Shown: positions 38,555 to 48,835 of the stretch, in pieces
Position numbering within the stretch: the first letter of the stretch is position 1
Layout of the letters: every line of letters begins with the position of its first letter
Assembly: GCA_963702435.1 (NCBI GenBank)
Contig: CAVPCR010000003.1
Coordinates: forward strand, 160,001 to 224,000
From: Candidatus Eiseniibacteriota bacterium
GTDB taxonomy: Bacteria > Eisenbacteria > RBG-16-71-46 > CAVPCR01
Direction of reading: 5' to 3'
Length of the DNA stretch: 64,000 nucleotides
The notes under the pieces: model-generated
Databases searched by the model: none
What the model was told of the DNA's origin: nothing
What the model saw: only the letters and a program-made list of their open reading frames with translations
Made by a program: the position numbers and the translations under genes

Positions 38555-38631
38555 GGGATCTTTCACTGGGATCTTTCACTGGCGATCGCCGGCCGCGGGA
38601 TGTTGACACGTCGAGACCGCTTCCGTACGCT
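38555..38631 (+). promoter_or_regulatory. sigma70-type promoter with an upstream 13-bp tandem repeat
   Basis: GGGATCTTTCACT x2 (38555-38580), then TTGACA-17 nt-TACGCT (38603-38631). Confidence 0.7.
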
Positions 38632-38734
38632 GCCGCGCATCCTGAGCGAGATGCCGGCGGGCATCCTCGCCCCGGACGGCGACGCCGATGGATGGCGGCG
38701 CAAAGTGTGCTGCGAGCACATGGAGGGCGGATCG

Positions 38735-40138
38735 ATGCTGTCACGTCGTCCCGCGCCGGGTCCCGGCGCCCCCGGCTACTCGCGCTCCCCGGGCTCATGG
38801 CGAGCGCTCGCGCAGGGTCGCGCGCTCCTGGCTGCCGGACTCTGGCTCGCGCTGTGCGCGGCCGGCCCCGCCGCGGCCGACGAGGAGGACGAGGCCGGCG
38901 AGCGCGAGTTGAAGCCGATCGGGCAGGTGCGCGTGCGCCCTGAGTTCCGCGACAACGCGGATTTCGACGGCGATCGCTCCGATCGGCAGAAGTTCTACGG
39001 CATGCGCACGCGCCTCGGGCTCGACGTCAAGCTGAACCCGAAGCTCGCGGGACGCATCCTGGTGCAGGACTCCCGCTACTGGGGCGTCGACGAGCCGAGT
39101 ACGATCTCCACCGCTACGGAGAAGGCGGCGACCGACCTCTACGAGGGCTACGTCGACCTGCGCTGGATCTGGGACCTCCCGCTCGACATCCGCCTCGGCC
39201 GCCAGGCGCTGAGCTATGGTCGGGAGCGCCTGGTCGGACCGCTCGACTTCTCGAACTTCGGGCGCACGTTCGATGCGTTCCGCTTCCGCTTCACGATGGG
39301 CGCGTTCGTCACCGACGTCTTCTCCGCAAAGCTCGTGGAGACCAACGCGCCGGCGCCCGACACCACGCTTCGCTATTCCGATCGCGATCGCAACTTCTCG
39401 GGGCTCTACATCTCGCGCGAAGGAGAGCGCGTCGAGCGCGCCGACGTGTACTGGCTTCGCGACATCGACAAGACGCAGCCCAGCTCCCCGGGCGAGATCA
39501 AGCGCCACACGATCGGTGCTCTGGCGCGGGTCAACATGCCGGCCTCATTCGCCATCGAGGGCGAGTATGCCTACCAGACCGGGACCGCGGGGAGCCCGTA
39601 CGACATCGCCGCCCAGATGCTCACGCTCGAGCTCCTCTACGCGCGGGAGGATCTCCAGAACCTGAAGCTCGCCGGCGGTTTCGACTGGGCCACCGGGGAC
39701 GGCGATCCGACCGATGACGAGCTCGGCACGTTCAGCCAGCTCTTCCCGACGAGTCACGCCCACCTCGGGTACATCGACTACGTGGGACGGCAGAACATCC
39801 AGGACTTCCGCGGGCAGGCGTCGGTGACGGTGCTCAAGAAGTCCACGCTGGTCGGCGCCTACCACTGGTTCCGGCTCGACGAGGCTGCGGACGCCTGGTA
39901 CAACGCCGCCGGCAACGTGAACCAGGCCGGGGTGCGGGACTTCGGACCCGATCCGGCGCGCAGCGCGCGCCACCTCGGGAGCGAGATCGATCTCCTCTTC
40001 CGCCTGGTCGGGTTCATCGAGCAGGCAGGCATCGAGATCGGTTACTCGCACTTCTTCGCGGGCGAGGTCGTGCGCGCCGGCGGCGGCCCCGATGATGACT
40101 CGGACTGGGCCTACCTGCAGGTGAAGCTCGATATCTGA
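38735..40138 (+). CDS. Alginate-export (AlgE-like) family porin
   Basis: G.VRVRPE.R, RTRLG, QDSR.WG, LGRQ.LSYG.ERLVG, ATGD...F.QLFPT.H, GSEIDL, W.YLQ. Confidence 0.88.
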   Translation: MLSRRPAPGPGAPGYSRSPGSWRALAQGRALLAAGLWLALCAAGPAAADEEDEAGERELKPIGQVRVRPEFRDNADFDGDRSDRQKFYGMRTRLGLDVKLNPKLAGRILVQDSRYWGVDEPSTISTATEKAATDLYEGYVDLRWIWDLPLDIRLGRQALSYGRERLVGPLDFSNFGRTFDAFRFRFTMGAFVTDVFSAKLVETNAPAPDTTLRYSDRDRNFSGLYISREGERVERADVYWLRDIDKTQPSSPGEIKRHTIGALARVNMPASFAIEGEYAYQTGTAGSPYDIAAQMLTLELLYAREDLQNLKLAGGFDWATGDGDPTDDELGTFSQLFPTSHAHLGYIDYVGRQNIQDFRGQASVTVLKKSTLVGAYHWFRLDEAADAWYNAAGNVNQAGVRDFGPDPARSARHLGSEIDLLFRLVGFIEQAGIEIGYSHFFAGEVVRAGGGPDDDSDWAYLQVKLDI

Positions 40139-40217
40139 CGGCAATGATCCGACCGCGGCAGATCCGACGTGTCAGATCCGACCGCGATGGTCTGACGGCG
40201 AGAATCTGTCGGCGATC
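40132..40217. repeat. About six degenerate 14-15 bp repeats
   Basis: (A/G)TC(C/T)G(A/T)C core recurring every 14-15 nt between convergent genes. Confidence 0.55.
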
Positions 40218-40255
40218 ACGCCTGCCGGCGCGAGCAGAGCACTCGCCGACGAACG

Positions 40256-43089
40256 CTAGGGAGCGCCGGCGGCCGGGCTCACGCGCAGGTTGTCGAAGTG
40301 GACGTGGCTGCGGCGCGCGACGAGACCCACGCCCCCGGCCCCGGGTTCCGCCCCCGCCGTGGCGCGCACCACCTCGCGATCGTCCACGAACCCGGTGATC
40401 TCCCCCCCACCGCGCGCAGCCGGAGCGCCCGCCGCGTGCTGCCGGGCCGCACGTACGGGAAGTAGGCGGTGGCGAGCGGCGTCACGATCTCCTGCTCGAT
40501 GCGGGCGAGGGTGACCTCGTTGTGGTTCGCCCCGCCGAGAAGGAGCGCGATCGAGTTGCCGCGCTGATCGGCGCGGCAGGCGAGCCCGCCCGAGTACGGC
40601 GCGCCGCCCACCCCGTCGATCGTGACGCTCAGGTCCACGTCGCGGAGATCGATCTCCGCGAGCACCGTGCGGGCGAGCGGGGTCGCGTCGGGCTGACACC
40701 CGAAACCGTAGGCCGAGTCCTCGACCGCCCAGGCGCCGGAGAGCACGAGGAAGCGGGCTTCGGCGGTCGAGTCGGTGAAAGCCAGGTTCACCTGGCCGGA
40801 GGCGGCGGTCCCGGACACGGCTCCCGAGGGAAGGCCCTCGTTCCCGTTCACGTCGAGGGCCGAGACCGCATAGGCGTAGGTCTCCCCGGGGGCCACGTCC
40901 AGATCCCAGAAGCGCGTCTCCTCGTACACCTCGCCGACCAGGTCGATCCGGTCTGCGCGCTTGAACCCGGGATCACGGCTCCGGTAGATGCGGTAGGCGG
41001 CGACGTGCTGGTTGTCCGTGGCCGCCGTCCAGGAGAGCGCCAGGCCGGCGCTCGCCGGACGCACCTCGAGACCCGTCACCGACGCCGGGGCGCGGCCGTC
41101 GAAGTACATGCTCGCGGTCTTGAGCCCGCGATCGAGGCCTTCGGCGGCCCATGGCGGAATGTCGCCGCGCACGAAGAGGATGCCGCGCACCCCGTCGCGC
41201 GCCGTGGCATCGGTCCGGAAGCGACCGCTCGCGGAGCTCCCGAGATGGTGCACGGCGAACTCCTCGATCGAGTCGGCGATGATGAGCTCCACATCGTATT
41301 CGCCGCTGAACCCGAGCGCCGGGAAGTCGATCCAGATGGCGGTCGAGTCCTGATGCTCCGGCGAGAGGTTGGCGGTGACGAGCAGTCCCGAGTCGTCACT
41401 GATCCGATAGACGATCGACCAGAAGTCCGTGTTCGAGGACGCCGCCACCGCGCCGACCCCCGTCGTGCGCATCTCGGTGGCGGGGCCGGGCGGGACGAGA
41501 CGCAGGAGCTGCCAGAGCGGCATCGCGTAGCGCGCCGTGGTCATGGTGCGCCCGGACGCGAACCCGGCTGGGATGAGCGGCACCGAGCCGGTGGCGGCGG
41601 CCACGGCCATGGCGCGCGCGGTCTGCATCGGCTCGCGCACGGCGAGCGGACAGGGCACCGCGTAGCCCGCCCCTCCCAGGTACGAGTTGGTGAGCGTCGA
41701 GCGCGCGGCGCGCCAGTCGGCCCGCTCGAGCCCGAATGCCACGCCGTCGGCGAGGAGGCCGAAGGAGAGGTCCGGCACCTCGAGCCCGGAGTGCACGATG
41801 AGGAGCGCGTCCGGGCCGAGGGCCGCGCGCAGGGCCTGCATCCACTCGAAGCTCGCGCGCGCGGGGAAGTCGGTGCCCGGCGCGGCCAGCACCTCGTAGT
41901 GCGCCGAGGCTTGCGCGATGAGGAGGCCGTCGAGTTCCAGGCCCCGGGCCCAGCGTCCGAGCGCCCCGCCGTCGCTCGCGGGGAGGACCGTGGCGAGGCA
42001 GACGAGCCCGCGGGCGTGGGCATCCGCGATGGTCCGCCGGAACTCCACCTCGTCGATCGGTACGTTCCCCTCTCTGCCGCCGCCGGCGCGCCAGCCCGGA
42101 CCGAGCACGAGCCCGGTGGCCCCCGCCAGCGCCATGGCCTCGATGGCGCTCGGCGACGGGTAGACCATGCCGTCGCCTTCCTCCTCGATCCAGTGCGCGA
42201 ATCGATGCCCGGTGAGGCGGGAATGCCAGGGATGGCGGCCGAGAAAGAACCCGAGGCGGTTCCGGTAGGAGAAGGGGGGTCCGAGTGTGAACGGGCTCTC
42301 TTGCTCCGGCAGGATCCAGGTGGTGAAGCTCTTGCCGTCCCGCACGGAGGACACCACCGGCACCTCGGAACCCATCATGGAGCCGGCCGATTCGAGCGTT
42401 ATCTGAAGTTGATTCGAGATGCTGCCGGCGGTGCCGAGGGCGAGGCCCAGGTTGGGGCAGTACACCGAGTTGAAGACGGGTTGGGGTTCGAGCATGCCCG
42501 AGCCCCGCTCGCGGTTGCGCTGCCAGTGCCAGAAGCCGAGCGTGAAGTCCTTCATCTCGACCGGCCAGCCCAGGGATGCCCGGGTGACGGGGAGCGGCTT
42601 CGTCCCGGCGGGAAGTTCGAGCGAGAAGTCCAGGAAGATGGCTCCCTCGGCGTGGACCGTGTAGGTCGCCTGGAAGGTGAGGGGGGTCTCCTTCTCCTTT
42701 TCGGTGGCGAGGCGGGTCTCGGTACGGACGACGACGCGGCCCGGGGTCTCCTCCGCCACGGTGACGCGACCGCCCGTGAAGGGGCCGAGCGGACCCTCTG
42801 GGGTGTAGACGAGAATCCCCGGGACAGAGGTGCGGCGGGGTCCGCGGGCCACGAGCTCGTGCCAGGCCACTCCGTCGTGGAGGCGGATCGACGTCAGGTC
42901 GCCGCCGTGAGCGGCCGACCAGGTGAGCGCGAAGTGGCTTCCGGAGACGACGACGCTTTCGGGCGCCGCCGCCACGGCGAGCGCGCCGGGCTCGAGCTCC
43001 GAGGCCGGGCTGTTCCCCGGGGCGGCGGTGACCAGAAGGAAGGCGAGGACGAGCGACAGCTGCCCACAAGGTGAGAAGATCGGTTTCAC
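40256..43089 (-). CDS. Large secreted multidomain protein (glycoside-hydrolase-like barrel, FN3, ConA/LamG-like C-terminus); frameshift near 40405
   Basis: Signal peptide, FN3 LSWTAATDN..VAAYRIYRS...YAYAVSALD..GNE; the domain end GVGL...HFDNLRV lies in the 40256 frame across a G7 run. Confidence 0.7.
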
Positions 43090-43176
43090 GACGTCTGGAT
43101 TCCTGCCGGAGAGACAAGGGGGTCGATCAGGCCGGCGAGACGCGGCGAGCGCGGGCTCCCGGCGCGGCGAGATCCG

Positions 43177-43205
43177 AAGCTAGCCAGCGCCCCCCGGGTT
43201 GTCAA
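43177..43205 (-). promoter_or_regulatory. sigma70-type promoter overlapping the lipoate ligase stop codon
   Basis: TTGACA-17 nt-TAGCTT. Confidence 0.65.
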
Positions 43206-44092
43206 CGCTCGCGGACGGGATCGGCGGCCGGCGCGTTCGGCTCCTGGTCCAGGTCCACCTGGACCAGCGGCCGGCGGCGGTGCGCCGCCGCGAGTACGGG
43301 GCCGGGGAGCGCCGCGAGCTCGGCCACCTGCGCCCCGAAGCGCTCCCGGAGCGTGGCGACGAGGCAGGCGGCCATCTCCCCCGCTCCGATCGGTCGCCCG
43401 GCGGCAGCGCTCACGTCGATCGTATCCGCGGCCAGACGGCGGGCGAGAGCGGCGCGGTCCCCGTTCGTCTTGAGAAAGCGGGCGAGCGCGGACTGCTCCG
43501 GCCCCAGGAGGAGCGAGCCGTGCTGGAGGAAGGCGCGCGTCAGCCGGCGCTGGGCGCTCCCGCAGATCTTCCGGCCCGCGTGGACGAGCTCGTGCCCGTA
43601 GGCGACGGCGAAGCAGGCTGCGGCCAGATCGTCGTCGGGGGCGCTCCCGCTCCGGTCCGGGCGGCGCGGCGCGTAGGCGGCGGCGATCCCCAGGCGGGCG
43701 AGCGCCGCGATGACGAGATCGCTCACCCGCCGGTAGGTATCGTGGAGGTTCCCACCCCAGACCGGGTCGGGCACGCCGCCGACGAGCGAGTACGTGAGCT
43801 CGTTCACGTGGTAGACGGCCTTCCCCCCGGTCGAGCGGCGGACGACCGGGACCGCGGCCGCGCGGAGCGCTGCGAGGTCGAGCTCTCCCGCGGGCGCCTG
43901 CAGGCGACCGATCGAGACCGCGGCCGGGGCCCAACCGAAGAGCCGCACCCAGGTGCCGGCGATCGCCCCTTCCTGGCGAAGCTCGAGGAGCGCGTCGTCC
44001 ACCGCCATGTTCCAGGCGGGGTCGCGCGGGCCGTCCGTGACCAGGTGGATGGTGGCGGCGGCGGCGGGCGCCGCGCGAGGAGGGCCTTCCAT
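43202..44092 (-). CDS. Lipoate-protein ligase / octanoyltransferase (LipM/LplA family)
   Basis: NMAVDDALL, RRSTGGKAVYH..ELTYS, CF, GRKICGSAQRR, LQHGSL. Confidence 0.93.
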   Translation of the reverse strand: MEGPPRAAPAAAATIHLVTDGPRDPAWNMAVDDALLELRQEGAIAGTWVRLFGWAPAAVSIGRLQAPAGELDLAALRAAAVPVVRRSTGGKAVYHVNELTYSLVGGVPDPVWGGNLHDTYRRVSDLVIAALARLGIAAAYAPRRPDRSGSAPDDDLAAACFAVAYGHELVHAGRKICGSAQRRLTRAFLQHGSLLLGPEQSALARFLKTNGDRAALARRLAADTIDVSAAAGRPIGAGEMAACLVATLRERFGAQVAELAALPGPVLAAAHRRRPLVQVDLDQEPNAPAADPVRER

Positions 44093-44097
44093 CGCCG

Positions 44098-44865
44098 CTA
44101 GGGCGCAGCGGGCCTCTGGCGCCGGCGAGCGCGCACCTCGAGGAGGATTGCCACGACGATGGTCGCGACGAAGAGCGCCATGCACAGCTGGGCGACGCCG
44201 GGGGCCGCGGCCGGCCAGTCGAGGAAGAGGAGATCGAAGCGCCCGATGAGGAGCGAGTAGCGAGCCATCACCGTGAAGCCGTACGAGGCGCCGAAGGACA
44301 CCATGAGGAACCAGATGCCGAGCCGGGCGGCGCCGCCGAGAGCCCCCTTGTGCTCGCGCGAGAAGAAGAAGTAGGCGAGCGAGGCGAAGGTGCCGACGAC
44401 GAGGATCAGGTTGTTCACGGCGCTCGGCCCCGAGACGTTCGTCGCATCCCAGAGCGGAGTCCCGGCGCGCGGCACCACCGAGAGCATGGTCGCCTCTACT
44501 TGAGGAACGAAGTCGCCCTGCGCGGCGCCGATCACGGCAAGCCCCGCGTACGCCCCGACCATGAAGGCGAGCGACCAGCGCGAGAGCCAGGCGAAGCGGG
44601 TCACGAAGCGGCTGTACATGAGGAGGCCGATCGCGAACGGGATGAGGAGGATGAGCCGCGGGGCGGCGCCGCCGGTCCCGGTGAGCGGCCGCCACAGATT
44701 CGGCAGGAAGACGTTGTGCCACTCGAGACCGACGAAGTAGCCGGCCGCGACCCCGATGAACAGGTGCTCCGCGAACTTGTAGATCGGGTTGTCGCGGAAG
44801 AGGAAGCTCAGTATCGCGAGCGTGAAGAGCCCGTTCAGCGTGAGCAGGATCGCTTCAGACAGCAT
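44098..44865 (-). CDS. Multi-pass membrane protein of the GlmL/DUF6754 cluster
   Basis: TLAILSFLFRDNPIYKFAEHLFIGV.AGY, YFFFS.EHKG, LMVSFGASYG.TVMAR.SLL.GR; about 7-8 TM helices. Confidence 0.88.
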   Translation of the reverse strand: MLSEAILLTLNGLFTLAILSFLFRDNPIYKFAEHLFIGVAAGYFVGLEWHNVFLPNLWRPLTGTGGAAPRLILLIPFAIGLLMYSRFVTRFAWLSRWSLAFMVGAYAGLAVIGAAQGDFVPQVEATMLSVVPRAGTPLWDATNVSGPSAVNNLILVVGTFASLAYFFFSREHKGALGGAARLGIWFLMVSFGASYGFTVMARYSLLIGRFDLLFLDWPAAAPGVAQLCMALFVATIVVAILLEVRARRRQRPAAP

Positions 44866-44871
44866 GGCGCC

Positions 44872-45714
44872 TCACTTCCTCCTCCGGCCGCCGAGGAAGT
44901 ACAGCAGATTCCCGAGGACGATGAAGGCGATGATGATCAGGTGCGCGAGCGACTGCCCGTCCATGCCGCGGGTCGCCGTGCCGGTCACGCCGGCGAGCTT
45001 CTCGATCTCGGCCGCCCCGGCCAGGCCGCCGAGGAGTCCGTCGAGCTGCCCTGCGTTCACGTAGGCGTAGTACTCGGGCGCGCTCACCGCGGTGCAGCCC
45101 GAGATGATGGGCAGCATCTCCCGGTTGGCGTTCTGGAAGCGCTGCCCGACCTGCTGCACCCACTCCTTGGTGCCCGGATATCCGGCCGAGATGGTGATGA
45201 GCAGATGCACGCTCGAGAAGTTCTCGACATCCTGCATGATCGGGAGGGCGGACACCGGCGTGCCGTTGTAGTCGGCGGGAAAGGCCCCCGGGATGGAGGT
45301 CCCGATGCGGACCATCACCGCCTCCTGCCCCTCCTTGAAGCCGAGGTTGACGTAGTCGACGCCGTACTCCTTGCCGTGGCGCGGCGCGACCTGGGAGAAC
45401 GCCCGGTTGAGGAGCGGCGGCCCGGCCGGCCACAGGCAGAAGCCGACGACCTTCACGTTCCGGCGGAAGCAGAGATCGAGCGCTGCCATGGTCATCGGCT
45501 GCAGCTCGGGCATGGAGCCCGGATCGTAGTCGGCGGCGAGGAGCACGGTCCCGCCGGCCGGCACCTTCTCGATCGCGGAGAAGAATCCCTCCGTCTCCCG
45601 CGACACGCGGATCGGCAAACCGAGCGGATGGATGTAGGGAATGATGATCACGATGAGGACCACGAAGAAGATGTAGCGGCGGTCGAGGTTGACGAGGCGA
45701 TCCGAGAGGCTCAT
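44872..45714 (-). CDS. Membrane-anchored protein of the GlmL/DUF6754 cluster
   Basis: N- and C-terminal TM helices around an alpha/beta domain: DYDPGS.PEL.P, YG.DYVNLG, GQL.GLLGGL.GAAE.E. Confidence 0.88.
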   Translation of the reverse strand: MSLSDRLVNLDRRYIFFVVLIVIIIPYIHPLGLPIRVSRETEGFFSAIEKVPAGGTVLLAADYDPGSMPELQPMTMAALDLCFRRNVKVVGFCLWPAGPPLLNRAFSQVAPRHGKEYGVDYVNLGFKEGQEAVMVRIGTSIPGAFPADYNGTPVSALPIMQDVENFSSVHLLITISAGYPGTKEWVQQVGQRFQNANREMLPIISGCTAVSAPEYYAYVNAGQLDGLLGGLAGAAEIEKLAGVTGTATRGMDGQSLAHLIIIAFIVLGNLLYFLGGRRRK

Positions 45715-45718
45715 CGCG

Positions 45719-46366
45719 TCACTCGCCTCCCAGGTAGTTGCGCTCGAGGCCGAGGATGACCTTGAGCCCGGTGGCGATGGCCCCGAGCGCCGCCCCGATC
45801 AGGATGGCGCGCTTCGCCGCGTTGTTCGGGATGTTCATGATCCAGTCTGAGATGTAGGGCAGCTGGTCCCAGATCTCGGCGCCGATCGGCACCCGGCCGA
45901 GCATGACCAGGAGGGCGGCGACGGCGAGGAGCCCGGCCTCGAACGACCGCACGCGGAAGGCGCGGAAGGCGGCGGAGGCGATGAAGAAGGCGAGGAGGGC
46001 GAACATGGTGCCCTGCATCGGCACGTAGACGTTCATGTAGAGGTCGTTGAAGAGGGACCCCTCGGCGATGCCGAAGAGCGGCGCCGATCCCAGGCTCCCG
46101 CCCACGCCGAGCACCATCATGCCCACGAGTCCGATGAGGAGCGGCACGTGGTAGAACCACTCGTGCTCGCGCCGGGCGATGCGGAGATAGCTGATGCGGG
46201 CGATGTTGGCGACGCCGAGGACGGCGGCGAAGGCGCGGATGATGATCGCCCAGGTCTCGAACTCGGTGCGGCCCGCGGTGAAGTGGCGCTGGGGAACGAA
46301 GAGCCCGATCACCATGAACAGCCCGACGATGAACGTGATGGCGAGCGGGAACTCACGCCGGAGCAT
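45719..46366 (-). CDS. Multi-pass membrane protein of the GlmL/DUF6754 cluster
   Basis: TMFALLAFFIASAAFRAFR.R, LGRVP.G, WIM..PN.AAKRAI.IG, ILGLER.YLG; about 6 TM helices. Confidence 0.88.
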   Translation of the reverse strand: MLRREFPLAITFIVGLFMVIGLFVPQRHFTAGRTEFETWAIIIRAFAAVLGVANIARISYLRIARREHEWFYHVPLLIGLVGMMVLGVGGSLGSAPLFGIAEGSLFNDLYMNVYVPMQGTMFALLAFFIASAAFRAFRVRSFEAGLLAVAALLVMLGRVPIGAEIWDQLPYISDWIMNIPNNAAKRAILIGAALGAIATGLKVILGLERNYLGGE

Positions 46367-46402
46367 GATTCCCCTCCCCCGCGACCGCTCCCGCCGCCGG
46401 CG

Positions 46403-47683
46403 CTAGCGCAGCACGAACCACTGCCGGAAGCCCTCCCAGCCCACGCTCTGGGTCAAGATGCCGATCAGCATGAGGGCGATCAGGATGACCTTCATCCAGT
46501 CGGTCCCCTTGAGCACGCCGATCAGCTTCGGCTCCCGCGCCAGATACGCCGAGGCGGCATAGAACTCCTCGCCGATCAGCGTGTAGTCGCAGGCCACCAC
46601 GAAGAACGGGAGCTGATGGATGTTGGCCGTGCCGGCGATCTGCACGGCGCCGGTCGCGAACCCGGTCTCGGCGAGGATCAGCGATTCGGCGAAGAAGGAG
46701 CCGAGGAAGAGATTCGCCGCCGGCTTCTCGCGCAGCATGATGCCGTCCACGCCGGCGGTGAAGGCGAACTGCTCGTCGGACAGGTAGCGGATGTTGTTGC
46801 GGACAAAGGCATCGGGGCGGCCCGCATCGATGTAGCCCTGCTTCACCGTCTCCTCGGCGAGCGGGACGACGAAGGCGCGGCACACCGGCACGATGAGCGG
46901 CGTCTCGTAGCGGGCGACCATGCGCGCCACGTTGCCGAGGATGATCATCGAGTAGATGGTCTGGATGTTGTTCGCGTCGTCGATGCCTGGAACGTAGAGC
47001 ACCGCGCGCCCCATCTCGGTGGCGCGGCCGATCGCCTCCTCGATGGCGGTGAGGCCGGCGATCTTGCGCACGAAGGGTATGCCGCCGCGCCGCGCATGGT
47101 TCGCCGCCTGGCGGGTATAGGCGAGGACGAGCCCGAAGAAGAGGGCGAGAAGGACGAGGAGGTTCAGGCGGTCGGTGTTGAAGAAGCTCTGCCGCGCGGT
47201 GCCCGTGACCGTTGCGCTTTCCGACTCCCCGAGCTCGCCGAGCGCCGCCACGCGGTAGTGATAGGTCACTCCGTTCCGGAGCGGATGACCGGGGCCTGCG
47301 GCGTCGGTGAAGGACGCGGTCGCGGCATCCACCGTATCGATCGCCGCGAACGGGCCGTCGGCGCTCTCGGCGCGGAGGATCACGTAACCGCGGACGCCGG
47401 TCTCGGGCTCCGCCTTCCAGCTCACGCGGAGGGCCTCTCCGCCGTCGTTGGGGATGTCAGCAACGCCCACGCTGTCGGGAGAGGGCGGGATGCCTCCGGC
47501 GCCGGGGCGGCCGAGAGTCAGGGTGGCGGCTGCCGAGGTCGCCTGGTCGACCGTCTGGGCCACGGCGGCTGACGGCAGAACGAGAAGGAGAAGCGCACAG
47601 AGACGTCCCGTCTCACGCACGATCCGCGTGCGCGACACGCTGGGCCCCGGCGATGGGAGTGTCAGCGCACGCCCGGCCTCCAT
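46403..47683 (-). CDS. FN3 + DUF6754-like membrane protein
   Basis: Signal peptide, FN3 (D.PND.G..L.VSW...YHYRV), TM, RKIAGL.AIEEAIGRATEMGR, ESLILAETG...GA.QIAGT, CDYTLIGEE.YAASAYL, TM. Confidence 0.85.
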   Translation of the reverse strand: MEAGRALTLPSPGPSVSRTRIVRETGRLCALLLLVLPSAAVAQTVDQATSAAATLTLGRPGAGGIPPSPDSVGVADIPNDGGEALRVSWKAEPETGVRGYVILRAESADGPFAAIDTVDAATASFTDAAGPGHPLRNGVTYHYRVAALGELGESESATVTGTARQSFFNTDRLNLLVLLALFFGLVLAYTRQAANHARRGGIPFVRKIAGLTAIEEAIGRATEMGRAVLYVPGIDDANNIQTIYSMIILGNVARMVARYETPLIVPVCRAFVVPLAEETVKQGYIDAGRPDAFVRNNIRYLSDEQFAFTAGVDGIMLREKPAANLFLGSFFAESLILAETGFATGAVQIAGTANIHQLPFFVVACDYTLIGEEFYAASAYLAREPKLIGVLKGTDWMKVILIALMLIGILTQSVGWEGFRQWFVLR

Positions 47684-47688
47684 GGCGC

Positions 47689-48819
47689 CTATCCCTCGAT
47701 CATCTCCACATTGGCGCGCGGGAGGACGAAGCGCTCGCCGCCCGCGAACTCGACCTCGAGGACACGCACCTTGGCCTCGGTCTCGAGCGCCTGGAGCTCG
47801 CTCGGGAGATCGGTGACCGAGCCAAGGCGCCCGAAGTACGGTTCCCGGATGACGCGCACCGGGGTGCCGATGGTGAGGCCGACGTTCGCGTCGGCCGACT
47901 TCTCCTCGCGCACCGCCTTGATATCGGGGACGATGAGCTCCGGCCGGAGGACGCCGGCCCGGATCTGGGTGGCGCCGTTCATCGAGGCCGTGCGTCCCAC
48001 GTTGGCCACGAGCAGGTCGTGGGTCTTCTGCGCCATCGGCATGTTGCCGAAGCCCTCGGTGACCATGAGCGTGATGCCGATCTCCTCGTGGCCGGTGATG
48101 GCGACGCCGAGATCGTAGCCGAGGAACTCGCGGAGGTCCTGATCGGAGAAGCCCCCGACCACGATCCCGGCGACACCCGCCTTGACGGCGGCGGCGAGCG
48201 TCTCCTTGGTCACGTGGGCTCCGCCGATCAGGATCGCGCCCCTGGCCTTGGGCCCGAGGGCGGCGAGGGCCGCGATGTCGAACTCGGCGGCCGGCCCCTT
48301 GACCGCGAGGGTGAGCGTGCCGTGAGTCTCGCCGCCGATGCCGAAGATCCCCTGGATGAACGCACCCTTGGTCTCGATCACCACGCCCTGGCGCTCGATC
48401 ACGTCCACCACCGTGCCGTCCACGTAGGCCTGCACCTCGAGGGGGATGGGCGGCTCGCGCAGGATGACGTTCCCGGTCACCTTCGACACGGTCTCGATGG
48501 TGCCGGTGACCGGCGATTGCACGCGCGACGTGAAGAGCCCGAAGAAGCTCTTGTTGAGGGCGAGCACCTCGCCCTTCTGGATCGTCTCGCCCTCATGCTT
48601 GACCAGCGACCGCTCGAGGTCCTCGGGCAGGAGACCGAGGATGTTGGCGACGTTCACCGTCTGCACGTTGCCGGGGAGTTCGGTCTTCGCCACGATGTCG
48701 GTGGCACTCACCGTCTGACCCTTCTTGACCGTCACCTCGCCCAGGATCGGCAGCCGCCGATCCCGATGGAGCGTGGTCGACTTGGTGACCGTGAGCCCGG
48801 GGGTATAGGCATGAGCCAT
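47689..48819 (-). CDS. Soluble protein with barrel-sandwich-hybrid (lipoyl-like) segments and a C-terminal KOW-like domain
   Basis: VKKGQTV...DIVA, GETIQKGEVLA...SPVTGTI, TEGFG, GATQIRAGV.RPE, GTPVRVIREPYFGRLG.V. Confidence 0.85.
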   Translation of the reverse strand: MAHAYTPGLTVTKSTTLHRDRRLPILGEVTVKKGQTVSATDIVAKTELPGNVQTVNVANILGLLPEDLERSLVKHEGETIQKGEVLALNKSFFGLFTSRVQSPVTGTIETVSKVTGNVILREPPIPLEVQAYVDGTVVDVIERQGVVIETKGAFIQGIFGIGGETHGTLTLAVKGPAAEFDIAALAALGPKARGAILIGGAHVTKETLAAAVKAGVAGIVVGGFSDQDLREFLGYDLGVAITGHEEIGITLMVTEGFGNMPMAQKTHDLLVANVGRTASMNGATQIRAGVLRPELIVPDIKAVREEKSADANVGLTIGTPVRVIREPYFGRLGSVTDLPSELQALETEAKVRVLEVEFAGGERFVLPRANVEMIEG

Positions 48820-48835
48820 GGCTGTTCTCCCCTCC

